This document shows positions 25,980-36,002 of a stretch of DNA of 64,000 nt, one piece after another. The notes beneath the pieces were generated by a model. It was not told the origin of the DNA and did not search any database. It saw only the letters and a list, made by a program, of their open reading frames with translations. The stretch is from Candidatus Binatia bacterium. GTDB taxonomy: Bacteria; Desulfobacterota; Binatia; UBA9968. How positions within the stretch are numbered: position 1 is the first letter of the stretch; every line of letters starts with the position of its first letter. The translations under genes were made by a program, and so were the position numbers. Location: the NCBI GenBank assembly GCA_036004365.1, contig DASYRN010000041.1, forward strand, positions 6,167 through 70,166, in the 5' to 3' direction.

Positions 25980-27827
25980 ATGTCTTCTATCGAGGAAAAA
26001 CTGGAAGGCCTTCCCGCTGGCCCAGGTGTTTACCTGATGCGGGATCGGAACGGGAAGGTGATCTATGTTGGAAAAGCGAAAGATCTGAGAGCGCGGGTGC
26101 GCGCCTACTTCCGTCGCGGCGACGGGCGCTCCCAGATCGAGTTTCTTCTCCGCAAGGTGGGCGACTTCGAGTCGCTCGTCACCCAGAACGAGAAGGAAGC
26201 CCTGATCCTGGAAAACAACCTCATCAAGCAGTTCAAGCCGCGCTATAACATCCGCCTGAAAGACGACAAGAGCTACCTCAGTATCAAAGTCAACGTGCGG
26301 CATCCCTGGCCCAGAATCCTCGCGACGAGGAAAATCGTTAAGGACGGCAGTCGTTATTTTGGCCCCTACTCGTCGGCGATTGCCGTGCGGGAGACTCTCG
26401 ATATCATCGAAAAGCATTTTCTGCTTCGAAACTGCACGGAATACAACTTTAGAAATAGGTCGCGTCCTTGTCTGCAGTATCAGATCAAGCGCTGCTTAGC
26501 TCCCTGTGTTTTGCCCGTGGATCCGAAAGAGTACCAAGAGAACCTCAGGCAGGCCATTCTGTTCATCGAAGGCAAGCAGCAGGAACTGCTGAGCGAGCTG
26601 AAGCGCAGGATGAAGGAAAAGGCCGAAGCGCTGGAATTCGAGGCGGCGGCGAAGATTCGGGACCAGATCCAGGCGGTCGAGAAAACCGTCGAAAGGCAGC
26701 GCATGGTTTCTCACTGGGGCGCGGACCAGGATATCTTCGGACTCTATCGCGAAGGAGGATTTATCGAGGTACAGGTTCTTTTTGTCCGCCAGGGCAAACT
26801 GACGGGAAATCAAGCGTACTCGCTGGAAGATCTGGAGTTCTCCGATGAGGAGGTTATGGAATCGCTGCTCACTCAATTCTATCAGGGTGATCGATTTGTG
26901 CCTGACGAGATTCTTCTTCCCGTTGAGCTTGAAGACAGGGAAGTCCGGGAAGAGTATTTGACTGAGCGCCGAGGAAAGAAAATTTCGCTTTTGTGTCCGC
27001 AAAGAGGAGACAAGCGCAGACTCGTGGAGATGGCGGTGCAGAATGCCCGGCAGAGTTTCTTTGAGCGGCACGACCAGGAAAAGGAAAGAGAAAAGATGCT
27101 CGTCGAGCTGCAGGGACGGCTGCGGCTCAAGCACTACCCCCAGCGGATCGAGTGCTATGATATCTCCAACATTCATGGTTCGCATGCGGTCGGCTCCATG
27201 GTGACATTCATCAATGGAGAGCCGGAAAAGAAGTTCTACCGCCACTATCGCATCCGAACGATCGCCTCTGAGAACGGAGGGGATGATTTCGCCATGATGC
27301 ACGAAGTCCTGAAAAGACGCTTTGCACGAGGGATCCATGAAGGGGACTTGCCGGATCTCGTGGTGGTAGACGGTGGGAAAGGGCAGTTGGCGATGGCAAT
27401 TGCCGCGATGCGCGAAGTGGGAGTGCCAGACGTGGACGTGATTGCGCTGGCGAAGATGCGCGTTCAATCTAATGCGCGAAGCTCGGAGATCCACCGGATC
27501 GAAGAGCGTGTCTTTTTACCAAGGCAAGCGAACCCGATTATTTTGCCTCGAAACTCCAACGCCTTATTTTTGCTTCAGCGGGTCCGCGATGAGGCGCACC
27601 GCTTCGCCATCACCTACCATAAGAAGCTTCGCGGGCGGGCGACACTCTATTCGGCTCTGGATAGGATTCCTGGGATCGGCGGGGTGCGCAAGAGAGCGCT
27701 TCTCCGCGCTTTCGGCAGCGTCAAGAAGATCGAGGAGGCGACTTTAGACGATCTGCTGAAGGTGCCGTCCATGAATGAAAAAGTCGCTCACCAAATCCTG
27801 CAGTCATTGAAACCGCCCTCCGTGTAG
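25980..27827 (+). CDS. uvrC: Excinuclease ABC subunit C
   Basis: GIY-YIG N-terminus (GVYLMRDRNGKVIYVGKAKDLRARV), UVR motif, and C-terminal HhH. Confidence 0.95.
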   Translation: MSSIEEKLEGLPAGPGVYLMRDRNGKVIYVGKAKDLRARVRAYFRRGDGRSQIEFLLRKVGDFESLVTQNEKEALILENNLIKQFKPRYNIRLKDDKSYLSIKVNVRHPWPRILATRKIVKDGSRYFGPYSSAIAVRETLDIIEKHFLLRNCTEYNFRNRSRPCLQYQIKRCLAPCVLPVDPKEYQENLRQAILFIEGKQQELLSELKRRMKEKAEALEFEAAAKIRDQIQAVEKTVERQRMVSHWGADQDIFGLYREGGFIEVQVLFVRQGKLTGNQAYSLEDLEFSDEEVMESLLTQFYQGDRFVPDEILLPVELEDREVREEYLTERRGKKISLLCPQRGDKRRLVEMAVQNARQSFFERHDQEKEREKMLVELQGRLRLKHYPQRIECYDISNIHGSHAVGSMVTFINGEPEKKFYRHYRIRTIASENGGDDFAMMHEVLKRRFARGIHEGDLPDLVVVDGGKGQLAMAIAAMREVGVPDVDVIALAKMRVQSNARSSEIHRIEERVFLPRQANPIILPRNSNALFLLQRVRDEAHRFAITYHKKLRGRATLYSALDRIPGIGGVRKRALLRAFGSVKKIEEATLDDLLKVPSMNEKVAHQILQSLKPPSV

Positions 27828-27909
27828 ATCGCTCATCCGGATGCGAGGTTGAAAACGAGTCGGCCGGTCCAGTCTTTCGCTCGGATTTCCTACTCATTTT
27901 CTGCGAATT

Positions 27910-30453
27910 GTGGTAGCAAGCAGTCCGGGAGCGAGAGAGTTGGAGCAGTCTGTCGGGGCAAAGATTTTGACCCCAACTATTCCCGACCCGGCACGGAGGG
28001 GATGGCTGGAGAGAAGCCCGTCTGTCTGGCTTGTCACGCCAACTCTCGCTCTTCTTGCGGGTCAGGCCATGGCCGCCGCACCGATTCTCCTCCCGTATTC
28101 TTGTTTGGGTTTGTTCATATTCCCTGCGCTGCTGTTGTTGCGCCGGACTTGGAGGCCGTGGGCGGGCTTGATCGTGGTGGCGGGCATCGCGTTCGGTTTG
28201 GGCTACGTCAGACATCGGCAGCTTCTTCATCCTGAATTTCCCGTGAACCACCTTCGTGTGGTCATGGATGAAGGATCGCAAATCTATCTTGAAGGCGTGC
28301 TCGGCTACGAGCCGGAAAGACTGCCGCACCGCAGCCGCTGGGTGGTCAAGGCTCAGAGGGTCTGGCACGCTACGGGCGCCCAGGAGATCACGGGCGATCT
28401 GTTGGTCGGTGTTCGCCAGGCGAGAAGGGAATGGCGTTACGGCGACAGGATACGATTTTGGGCACGGCCCCTGATTCCCCGCAACAGCGGAAATCCGGGT
28501 GGTTTCGATTACCCTTCGTTTCTGGCGCGGCGTCAGATCTATGCGACCGCTTTCCTAGAAAACGACGACAGAGTGGAATTGCTTGCGCGGCGGTCTTCCG
28601 GGGTGTGGCACGGAATCGAGGATCTACGGAGGAAGATCCGCCGATTTCTCGAAGGAAATTTTTCGGCGCGAAACGGGGCGCTTATGAAAGCGTTGGTGGT
28701 GGGGGATATGGGTGGGATTTCCAGGGAGGTACGGAACGACTTTACCGCGGCAGGCGTAAACCATGTTCTCTCGATCTCCGGGCTTCACGTGGGCATGCTC
28801 GGGTTGGTTATCTTTCTTGGCATCCGCTTCCTCGGCCTGTTCAGCACCGCTCTGTTGCTGCGGTGGAATTTGCTCAAGGTCGCAACCTTTTTCTCTTTTT
28901 TGGCCGTGTTGTTTTATACCGCTCTTGCCGGAGCGATGATCCCAACTGTCCGCTCAGCCATCATGATAAGCATCTACGAGTTGGCCGTCCTGTTAGATAG
29001 GGAAGAGGAGCTGTTCAGTAGCCTGGCGTTTGCCGCGCTTTGCATCGGTCTTGTTTGGCCCGGAGCAGTGATGGATATCTCGTTCCAGCTTTCTTTTCTT
29101 GCCGTTCTTTTTATTATCGCTGGTTTGCGAAAAGTGAATCAGTGGCGCTCCGTAGAGCGGCCGCGTGAGTTGCCCCAGGAGCGCCGTTGGTGGGCGAGAA
29201 CTCTCCGGCCGGTCGGCCTGTATCTGGTGGTTCCTATCCTGGCGACCCTTGGAACCGGGCCTCTCATCGCTCACTATTTCGGCCATCTCTCACTGGTTGG
29301 ATTTTTTTCCAACTTGGTTGTTGTTCCCCTGGTGGGTTTCGTGGCGGTGCCCCTAGGTCTTCTGATCGGCTTCCTGTCTCTCCTGGCCCCCGGGTTAGCG
29401 TTTTTCGTTGTCCAGTTGGCCGAGCCTGTCTTGTCTGTGACGCATGAGATGGTGCAGTTTTTCTCGCGCCTGCCTTTGGCGAGTATCGGTGTGCCCGCTC
29501 CCAATCTCTGGGAAGTCGGCATGCTCTATTTCCTGATTCTTTCGATCTTGTTTCTGCAGCGCAGAACCTCTCTGATGCTCTTACTCGGGATCGCGTGTCT
29601 GTGGGTCTTCGGAGAGAGTTACTACTGGTGGAATGAGCGGTGGAGACGAACGGAATTGCGCGTAACCTATCTCAACGTGGGCCATGGCGATGCGGCGGTG
29701 GTGGAGTTTCCCGGCTCAAAAGTCTTGCTGGTTGACGCGGGAGGAACCGCGACAGGAGAGTTCGATACCGGAGAAGGGATTATCGCCCCCTTTCTGCGCG
29801 CGCGGAAGATTCTTAAGGTAGATTACCTACTCGTCACCCATCCCAGAGTAGACCACTATGGCGGAATGCGAACCCTCGTGGAGCGGTTCGCGCCGGCGGA
29901 ATTTTGGTCTGGACCCAGCAAAGGCCGCACTGTCCGCTACGAAGAGATGGATGCGGCAGTGCAAAAGTCAGCCATTCGCAAGATTTCTCTCAGTAGCCGG
30001 GAGCCGTGCCGCTTCATCGATGGCGTCAAGCTCTGTGTCCTTTATCCTGCGGAGTCCAACGGGGGTGACTTCTCCGTTGTTATCCGCTTGAGCTTCGGCG
30101 AAGTGCATTTTCTGTTTGCGAGCGACATCGAGGGAAGAGACGAAAAACTCCTGCTCCACCAGCAGACCGATCTTTCCAGCGCCGTTCTTAAGGTTCCGCG
30201 CCATGGCAGCCTCAGCTCCAGCACGGAGGAATTTATCACAGCCGTTAAGCCGCAACTTGCGATCTTCTCTGTAGGTCGTAGAAACGCCTTCGGGCTTCCC
30301 AGAGAGGACATCGTCGCGCGCTATGCAAAGCTTGGCAGCCAAATTCTTCGTACGGATCAGGACGGCGCGATTATCGTAGAGACCGATGGGACGAGAATCC
30401 GATATCACACCTATCTGAGTGGTAAAGCGGGGGTGCTAATGCCTGGATTTTGA
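27910..30453 (+). CDS. comEC: ComEC/Rec2-family DNA internalisation protein with a C-terminal metallo-beta-lactamase domain
   Basis: Polytopic membrane core (ISGLHVGML...) and HGDAAVVEF...HPRVDHYGG MBL motifs. The GTG start at 27910 is uncertain. Confidence 0.85.
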   Translation: MVASSPGARELEQSVGAKILTPTIPDPARRGWLERSPSVWLVTPTLALLAGQAMAAAPILLPYSCLGLFIFPALLLLRRTWRPWAGLIVVAGIAFGLGYVRHRQLLHPEFPVNHLRVVMDEGSQIYLEGVLGYEPERLPHRSRWVVKAQRVWHATGAQEITGDLLVGVRQARREWRYGDRIRFWARPLIPRNSGNPGGFDYPSFLARRQIYATAFLENDDRVELLARRSSGVWHGIEDLRRKIRRFLEGNFSARNGALMKALVVGDMGGISREVRNDFTAAGVNHVLSISGLHVGMLGLVIFLGIRFLGLFSTALLLRWNLLKVATFFSFLAVLFYTALAGAMIPTVRSAIMISIYELAVLLDREEELFSSLAFAALCIGLVWPGAVMDISFQLSFLAVLFIIAGLRKVNQWRSVERPRELPQERRWWARTLRPVGLYLVVPILATLGTGPLIAHYFGHLSLVGFFSNLVVVPLVGFVAVPLGLLIGFLSLLAPGLAFFVVQLAEPVLSVTHEMVQFFSRLPLASIGVPAPNLWEVGMLYFLILSILFLQRRTSLMLLLGIACLWVFGESYYWWNERWRRTELRVTYLNVGHGDAAVVEFPGSKVLLVDAGGTATGEFDTGEGIIAPFLRARKILKVDYLLVTHPRVDHYGGMRTLVERFAPAEFWSGPSKGRTVRYEEMDAAVQKSAIRKISLSSREPCRFIDGVKLCVLYPAESNGGDFSVVIRLSFGEVHFLFASDIEGRDEKLLLHQQTDLSSAVLKVPRHGSLSSSTEEFITAVKPQLAIFSVGRRNAFGLPREDIVARYAKLGSQILRTDQDGAIIVETDGTRIRYHTYLSGKAGVLMPGF

Positions 30454-30515
30454 GAGACCCGATGCGACCCAGCGTGAAAGTTTTAGCGGACGGGTTCTAA
30501 GAATTTCCGCAGAAA

Positions 30516-31352
30516 ATGTTTTCCTTGTTCATCGTGGCTTTCTTTTTTCTCTTTACCTCTCTTTGGGGCTTTTATATTTCCGTGAAACCGACAAAGATCG
30601 TCTCCGGAACCACGCCCAAGGATCTCGGACTCGAGTATGAAAAGGTTTCATTCACCACGGATGATAATGTGATGCTGCGGGGTTGGTGGATTCCCTGCAA
30701 GACAGAGTCGACAGCAAAGACGATCATCGCCCTGCACGGTTATCCCGCTGATAAAGGCAATATACTGCCGGCCATTGCCTTTTTAAGCCAAAGATACAAC
30801 CTGCTCTTGTTCGATTTTCGCTATCTCGGGGAAAGCGGCGGCACAAACTCCACTGTTGGCGCTGAAGAGACGAGAGATTTGAGGGCGGCCGTTGATTTCC
30901 TTAAAGCGCGGGGAATTCAAGAGATCGGGGTATGGGGATTTTCCCTGGGCGGGGCCGTAGCTTTGATGGCAGCTTCAACGGTGCCGGACATAAAGAGTCT
31001 CGTTTCCGAGTCGAGCTACGCCCGGCTGGACCTCATGGCCCCGGCGCTCTTTCAAATTCCGGTCCTCAGATATCCCCTTGCGTGGCTGACCGCTCTTTGG
31101 GCGAGGATATTTTTAGGCATCCGTCTGAGAGAGGTATCGCCCCAGGACAGCGCGAGAAACCTCGCGATTCCTGTTCTCATCATCCATTCCCAGGGCGATT
31201 ATCTGATTCCGTTTCAACACGCGCTGCTGCTTCAAGAGGCGCTGAAGAACAATCCCAAAGCGGAGTTCTGGTTTCACGACAAGCTGCCGCATGGCCATCT
31301 CGCGGCGGAATACCAAAAACGAATCCTCGATTTTTTCGAAAGAAATCTCTAA
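30516..31352 (+). CDS. Membrane-anchored alpha/beta hydrolase
   Basis: N-terminal TM helix, nucleophile elbow GFSLGG, and a late catalytic Asp/His region (SQGDYLIP...LPHGH). Confidence 0.8.
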   Translation: MFSLFIVAFFFLFTSLWGFYISVKPTKIVSGTTPKDLGLEYEKVSFTTDDNVMLRGWWIPCKTESTAKTIIALHGYPADKGNILPAIAFLSQRYNLLLFDFRYLGESGGTNSTVGAEETRDLRAAVDFLKARGIQEIGVWGFSLGGAVALMAASTVPDIKSLVSESSYARLDLMAPALFQIPVLRYPLAWLTALWARIFLGIRLREVSPQDSARNLAIPVLIIHSQGDYLIPFQHALLLQEALKNNPKAEFWFHDKLPHGHLAAEYQKRILDFFERNL

Positions 31353-33580
31353 GTCGATCCGTCCCGTCTTCTTGCCATGGCGCTAAAGATCTCTTCGGCT
31401 GTTATGGGCAGCGATTGGAGCCTTACTCCGACAGCATCTTCCACCGCGTTGGCAATAGCCGGGGCAACCGGGATGATCGCTGTCTCTCCAATCGCCATGC
31501 TGTTGTAGGGTCCTGATCCCGTGGGCGCTTCCGTGATCACGCTCTTGAAGTCCGGAATGTCCTGGATGGTCGGAATCTTATAGTCGCCGAAGTTCGCGGT
31601 GATGACTTTGCCTCCATCGACCATCAAATGCTCCATGAGCGCGTACCCCATTCCCATCATGGCGCCTCCTTCGATCTGCCCCTGATGCATAAGCGGATTA
31701 AGCACGGTGCCGGTGTGATGGGCGGTCGTGAATTTCTTTAGCTTGATCTGGCCTGTTTCAGGATCCACTTCAACTTCAGCGACTTGCGCGCACATGGAGG
31801 CGTCGTGGACTTTTGTTCTGTCGTTATAGTAGCCTTCAGCGCGAATCGGCGCGCCCACTGCCTTGACGAGTTCGGCGTAGCTCATGCGCCGCTCGGCGCG
31901 GCGGTGAAGCACTCCGCCGTTGGCGATGATGACATCTTCGGGCTTTCCGCCCAAATGTGCTGCCGCAGCCCTCTTGATTTCTTCTTTTACTTTGGTCGCC
32001 GCATCATAGGCGGCGTTGCCGTAAACTCGCGTGGCCCGACTCCCGCCCACGCCGGTGTCCTTCCGGCCGGTCCGGGTATCCAGAGACATGGCCTGAATTT
32101 TATCAAGTGGAACTTGAAGCTCTTCGGCGACAATCTCACAAAGGACGGTATAGGTTCCGGCTCCCTGATCGAGCATGGCCGAGGCCACCGAGATCTGTCC
32201 GTTTTCGTCGATCGTAACGGTTACCGCTCCCTCGCCACCATTAGTGAGCCATTGGGTGAGCGCGATGCCCCGCCCGGTATTTTTTGGCTTCGGCTTGAAA
32301 TAACCGGATTCTTTGAGCGCTATTTCAAGCGTTTCATGAGCTTTGATGTGGTGGACATCTCCCCCGGTGGGCAACTCGTCTCCGTCGCGCATGAGATTCT
32401 TGCGTCGAAGGTCGGCCGGGTCGATGCCCAATCTTCTCGCCACGAGATCCATCTGGCTCTCATTGGCGAACGCACCTTGAGGATCGCCCGGGGCCCGCAT
32501 ATGACCGCAAGGAACCTTGTTCGTGTAGACCATCCTCTCCTCGACGAGGGCGTGTGGGATTTTGTACGGGCCTGGGCACTCTCTTGGACCTTGCAGCAAG
32601 CCGTTGGGCTTGAAGGCGCCGTAGGCCCCGCTGTCAAAGATAAATTCCATATGGTGCGCGACAAGGGTCCCATCTTTTTTCACTCCGGTCCTAACTTTGA
32701 TAATCGATGAGTGTCTTGGGTTGCCAGCCGTAAACTCTTCGTCATAGTCCATGACCATCTTCACTGGGCGGCCGCTCTTGAGGGACAGGAAGTAAGCGAC
32801 AGGAATATCCATGAAATCGCCTTTGCCGCCAAAGTCACCCCCGATATAGCAGGGATGAATGACGAGCTTCTCAGGGTCGATCCTTACGGCAGTAGCGACC
32901 TGATCCCGAACGACGTAGGGAACTTTGCTGCACGACCAGATCTCTGCTCCGCCCGAAGGATCCGCCTTTGCCACGCAGGAATGCGGTTCGATATAGGCGT
33001 GGTGGACTTTGTTCGTCGTGAATGTGTTCTCCACGACGATGTCGGACTGGCGGAATCCCAGCTCAAGATCTCCCTTCTTCCAGGAGATATAAATAAACGT
33101 ATTGCTCGGCGTCTCCAGCTTGGCAGGGAGTCCCTTGTAACTCATCACGTCGGGATGGATCAAGGTCGCCATCGGCTTGATCGCCTCCGAAGGGTCCAGC
33201 ACCGGCTCGAGCTCCTCATACTCGACTTCGATGAGAGCAAGAGCCTGCTCGGCCGCCTCTTCGGTTTCCGCCGCCACCGCGGCTACTTTTTCCCCAATGA
33301 ATCGCACCACCCCGTCCGCCAGGATCGGCATGTCGTAGACCCGCCTGCCGATTCTGAGACCAGTGACATCTTCACCCGTGATCACGGTCTTAACTCCAGG
33401 GACTTGCCTGGCTCTATGGACGTCGATCCTTTTAATACGCCCATACGAGATGGGGCTGCGCAGTACTTTTCCCCACAGCGTTCCAGGCAAAACCACATCG
33501 ACTGCGTAAACCGCTTTCCCCGTAACTTTGTGCTCGCCTTCTACCCTAGGTGTAGGTCTGCCGACGATTTTTTTTGTCAC
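31349..33580 (-). CDS. Molybdopterin-binding large subunit of a xanthine-dehydrogenase/aldehyde-oxidase-family enzyme
   Basis: 743 aa. N-terminus GRPTPRVEGEHKVTGKAVYAVD and overall collinearity with CoxL/XdhB-type subunits. Confidence 0.85.
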   Translation of the reverse strand: MTKKIVGRPTPRVEGEHKVTGKAVYAVDVVLPGTLWGKVLRSPISYGRIKRIDVHRARQVPGVKTVITGEDVTGLRIGRRVYDMPILADGVVRFIGEKVAAVAAETEEAAEQALALIEVEYEELEPVLDPSEAIKPMATLIHPDVMSYKGLPAKLETPSNTFIYISWKKGDLELGFRQSDIVVENTFTTNKVHHAYIEPHSCVAKADPSGGAEIWSCSKVPYVVRDQVATAVRIDPEKLVIHPCYIGGDFGGKGDFMDIPVAYFLSLKSGRPVKMVMDYDEEFTAGNPRHSSIIKVRTGVKKDGTLVAHHMEFIFDSGAYGAFKPNGLLQGPRECPGPYKIPHALVEERMVYTNKVPCGHMRAPGDPQGAFANESQMDLVARRLGIDPADLRRKNLMRDGDELPTGGDVHHIKAHETLEIALKESGYFKPKPKNTGRGIALTQWLTNGGEGAVTVTIDENGQISVASAMLDQGAGTYTVLCEIVAEELQVPLDKIQAMSLDTRTGRKDTGVGGSRATRVYGNAAYDAATKVKEEIKRAAAAHLGGKPEDVIIANGGVLHRRAERRMSYAELVKAVGAPIRAEGYYNDRTKVHDASMCAQVAEVEVDPETGQIKLKKFTTAHHTGTVLNPLMHQGQIEGGAMMGMGYALMEHLMVDGGKVITANFGDYKIPTIQDIPDFKSVITEAPTGSGPYNSMAIGETAIIPVAPAIANAVEDAVGVRLQSLPITAEEIFSAMARRRDGST

Positions 33581-33776
33581 GATCTTCTCCTTTACCTTTC
33601 TTGGTTGAAGAGACTTGTCCCGGCGGTCTCAAGCGGCCAGTGATCTCAGAGAGGTTTCTTAACATAGGAGAGGAGCAGATTCCAAGCGATGCAAAAATGT
33701 GGGTAGTGAGCCATTTTGGCAGAGATCCTTCGCATTGCTCAGAATGGGAATAATGTCCAAAAAGTGTGTGTCATTT

Positions 33777-34270
33777 CTACCTCGGACACAGATGCAAATA
33801 CCATCGAAAATAAGCTTCACGATGATGTTGTGCCAGGCCTCGATGTTGTCGGTACTTGTGTTTCAGCCGAGCGAAGTAGCCTTCTAGTGCATTGGTAGAT
33901 TTGGCAATTAAAGGATCGTCGAGGTAACGGAACATGTCAGGCAAAGCAGCCAGCAACATGCTGCGGGCGCGCTTGAGATCGCTAAAGACCCAGCCCTTCT
34001 CTGGTGAGCGGGCAATGTGGCAGCCGTAACGGCGTTCCCAAGCATGAAGCTGCGAGAGGAAGCGATCGCGATCGGAAAGGTTGTGGAGGGACATGAGTTG
34101 GAGAAAAAGGGCTCTAAGATGTTTAGCGTCGGTGCGTTTGGGATGCTGCCTGCACCAACTGAGTCCTTGGCGTTGGATGTGCACCAGACAGCGCTGAATG
34201 AGGATCTCAGGCCATAATAGCCGCAAGATCCGCACCAGGTGCGGATTGCCGTCTATGGTAGCGCTTGTGG
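33777..34270 (-). pseudogene. DDE transposase remnant (C-terminal about 165 aa; IS256/Mutator-like motifs, family uncertain)
   Basis: TIDGNPHLVRILRLLWPEILIQRCLVHIQRQG ... STNALEGYFARLK resemble the second Asp and Glu regions of Mutator-type transposases. The upstream part of the ORF-track entry is not protein-like. Confidence 0.5.
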
Positions 34271-34359
34271 GTACTAAGCCGAGTTGGAGTAAAGCCAAAC
34301 AAAAGGATGTAGGTGCGCGGGCCCTTCGGCCGTCTCGGGAGCACCGTGGATGACTGTGA

Positions 34360-34722
34360 AGCACAGAACGCGGAAGCGTGGCGCTGTGTGGGCTACTCGA
34401 AACGCTATTGGAGGGTAAGGAGGATGTGTTCATCGCGTCTGCGGATCTACTGGAGAAGACGAAACAGACACCAGGCTTGCAATGGATCGGATCGACAAAG
34501 TCGTTGGGCACTTTTCTATCGAAGCTCGACTTTGTCTCGCGCAAAAACCCGGCTGGAAATAAACGCGTTTATGCCTTCGACCGCGACTCGTTGAACGATC
34601 TGAAACTAAGGTACACCCCTTCACCTTCCGAGAATTTGATGTCAGATCCGTCCGAACCCGCGTCAAATGGCCGTGAGAACGACTTTTTCAAAGCGTCCGA
34701 AGGGGGGTCGTCTGACACATAG
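34360..34722 (+). pseudogene. C-terminal fragment of a DUF3631-like (phage/plasmid primase-associated) gene
   Basis: IASADLLEKT...WIGSTKSLGTFLSKLDFVSRKNPAGNKRVYAFDRDSLNDLKLRY resembles DUF3631 C-termini. The frame opens only after a stop at 34357, next to the transposase remnant. Confidence 0.4.
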
Positions 34723-35270
34723 AAAATCAGGCGCAAACCCGCACCGGGCTTGGCCCTCGGACACATCTGACATCAAAAAGCGGGGGGATAGAGGGGAAGC
34801 GGGAAAATGAGATCGGAAGAAGAGCAAGCCGAAATAGTCAAAAGAGCGCTGTCTATATCCACCTGGGTTGATAGGTCGATGCCCCGCGGCGACAAAGAGC
34901 CTGGGGGTGAGACGGTCTGCGAACCCGTGCAACTTACCGGCGGCGCATGAAAGGCCTGTTGAGAGCCTGTTCCTGGCCGAGAACGAACCCGACGAAGTTG
35001 GCAAGATCCTGGCCGTGTGGAAACGTTTATTTGGGATCGATGTGGAAGAGGCGCGGAGACGGGACAATAGAATTCCGAAAGAGTTAAAGCCGGTAGGGGC
35101 ACATCTAAAACTCTTGCGGCGCCGGCAGGGGTGATCCAGTAGAGAAAAGATCAAAACGGGGGGATACCACACAGCCAGGGTCAGACCCGTGATCGTGTCT
35201 TTAAACGAAATTGCGATCGAAATTTTTTAAGCAAAGGATAAAAAAACCACAAAACGAGAAAGGAGTACCC

Positions 35271-35775
35271 ATGCGAGAAAATGAAAACGAGAGCCCGGCG
35301 GAATTCGTCGAAGCGCAACGGATACAATCAGACCGAAATCATCCGGAGCATCAACGGTGGGCCAATGGAGATCCGGCGATCGTTGAGAAGATTGTGAAGG
35401 GGTACAAGGCAATGTATGGGAGCGGGGAAGCGGAGGCCCCACACAAACCGACTGTCCTTGATCCTGAGCTCGAGGCCGTGAAAAAGAAACACGAGTCTCA
35501 GGCCAGCGCGGAACCGGCCGACTCGGCAACTCCATCTCCATCTCAACTCCGATCCGGCTCCGTGGGACTTCAACGAGGCCCAGAGGGAAGAGGCGCTCCG
35601 GCGAGATTATGGAGACTCTTACGAGGCCAAAGAGCAGGCTTTGCCGTCTGTTCTCGTGAAGCTTTTTGGCGACTTCGAGGATCGCCAATTTGTCAACGAG
35701 TTGTTTAACATAGTCGGGAATCATCCATCGGCCAGCAAATTGGTGTGGCACATTCGAGAAAAGCTAGGGACGTAA
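35271..35775 (+). pseudogene. Element-borne hypothetical gene, apparently frameshifted
   Basis: AAAGGAG RBS before ATG 35271. Protein-like translation switches from frame 0 to frame +1 around the CTCCATCTCCATCTC repeat (about 35530-35550) and continues to TAA 35773-35775 (…WDFNEAQREEALRRDYGDSYEAKEQ…). Confidence 0.4.
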
Positions 35776-35777
35776 AA

Positions 35778-35930
35778 ATGCTGGTCGGCGATCTTAATTT
35801 TGAGGTTTCGCCAGCGGTCGAAGGATTAAAGTTGCGCGTTTTTCTTAACGGCGTGCCGGGCACTGCTGTTGTGTCGGTAGTGACGAAAGAAGATATCCGG
35901 GGGCTGATTCAGTACTTGGAAGAAGTCTAA
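35778..35930 (+). CDS. Hypothetical small protein (50 aa)
   Basis: ATG lies 2 nt after the preceding stop. MLVGDLNFEVSPAVEGLKLRVFLNG... Confidence 0.35.
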   Translation: MLVGDLNFEVSPAVEGLKLRVFLNGVPGTAVVSVVTKEDIRGLIQYLEEV

Positions 35931-36002
35931 TGGGTAGTGGTATCGATATCGATACCCTAAAACATGTTCAGCGATTAAAAAAAACTAAAGGAGGGATTTG
36001 AG

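Noticed and set aside
26496-27494. 332-aa minus-strand ORF
   Set aside because: It is an antisense shadow inside uvrC.
27721-29000. ORFs 27721-28368 (-), 27849-28235 (+) and 28431-29000 (+)
   Set aside because: They are alternative-frame or antisense ORFs overlapping the uvrC end and comEC, with Arg/Gly/Pro-rich junk translations.
30932-31516. 194-aa plus-strand ORF
   Set aside because: It is out of frame with the alpha/beta-hydrolase gene and runs into the convergent Mo-enzyme gene. It has no motifs.
31784-33643. Two plus-strand ORFs of about 310 aa (31784-32710, 32711-33643)
   Set aside because: They are antisense to the molybdenum-hydroxylase gene, whose family assignment is strong. Their translations are not protein-like.
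34663-35172. Minus-strand ORFs of 169 aa and 109 aa, and plus-strand ORF 34868-35134, within the island
   Set aside because: The translations are Pro/Ser/Arg-rich, and the ORFs are mutually overlapping with no RBS. The region is probably non-coding debris.
33581-35300. Search for an attL direct repeat of the tRNA-Met 3' end
   Set aside because: I saw no copy of GGACAGACTCGAAC or neighbouring tRNA sequence, so the element boundary remains undefined.
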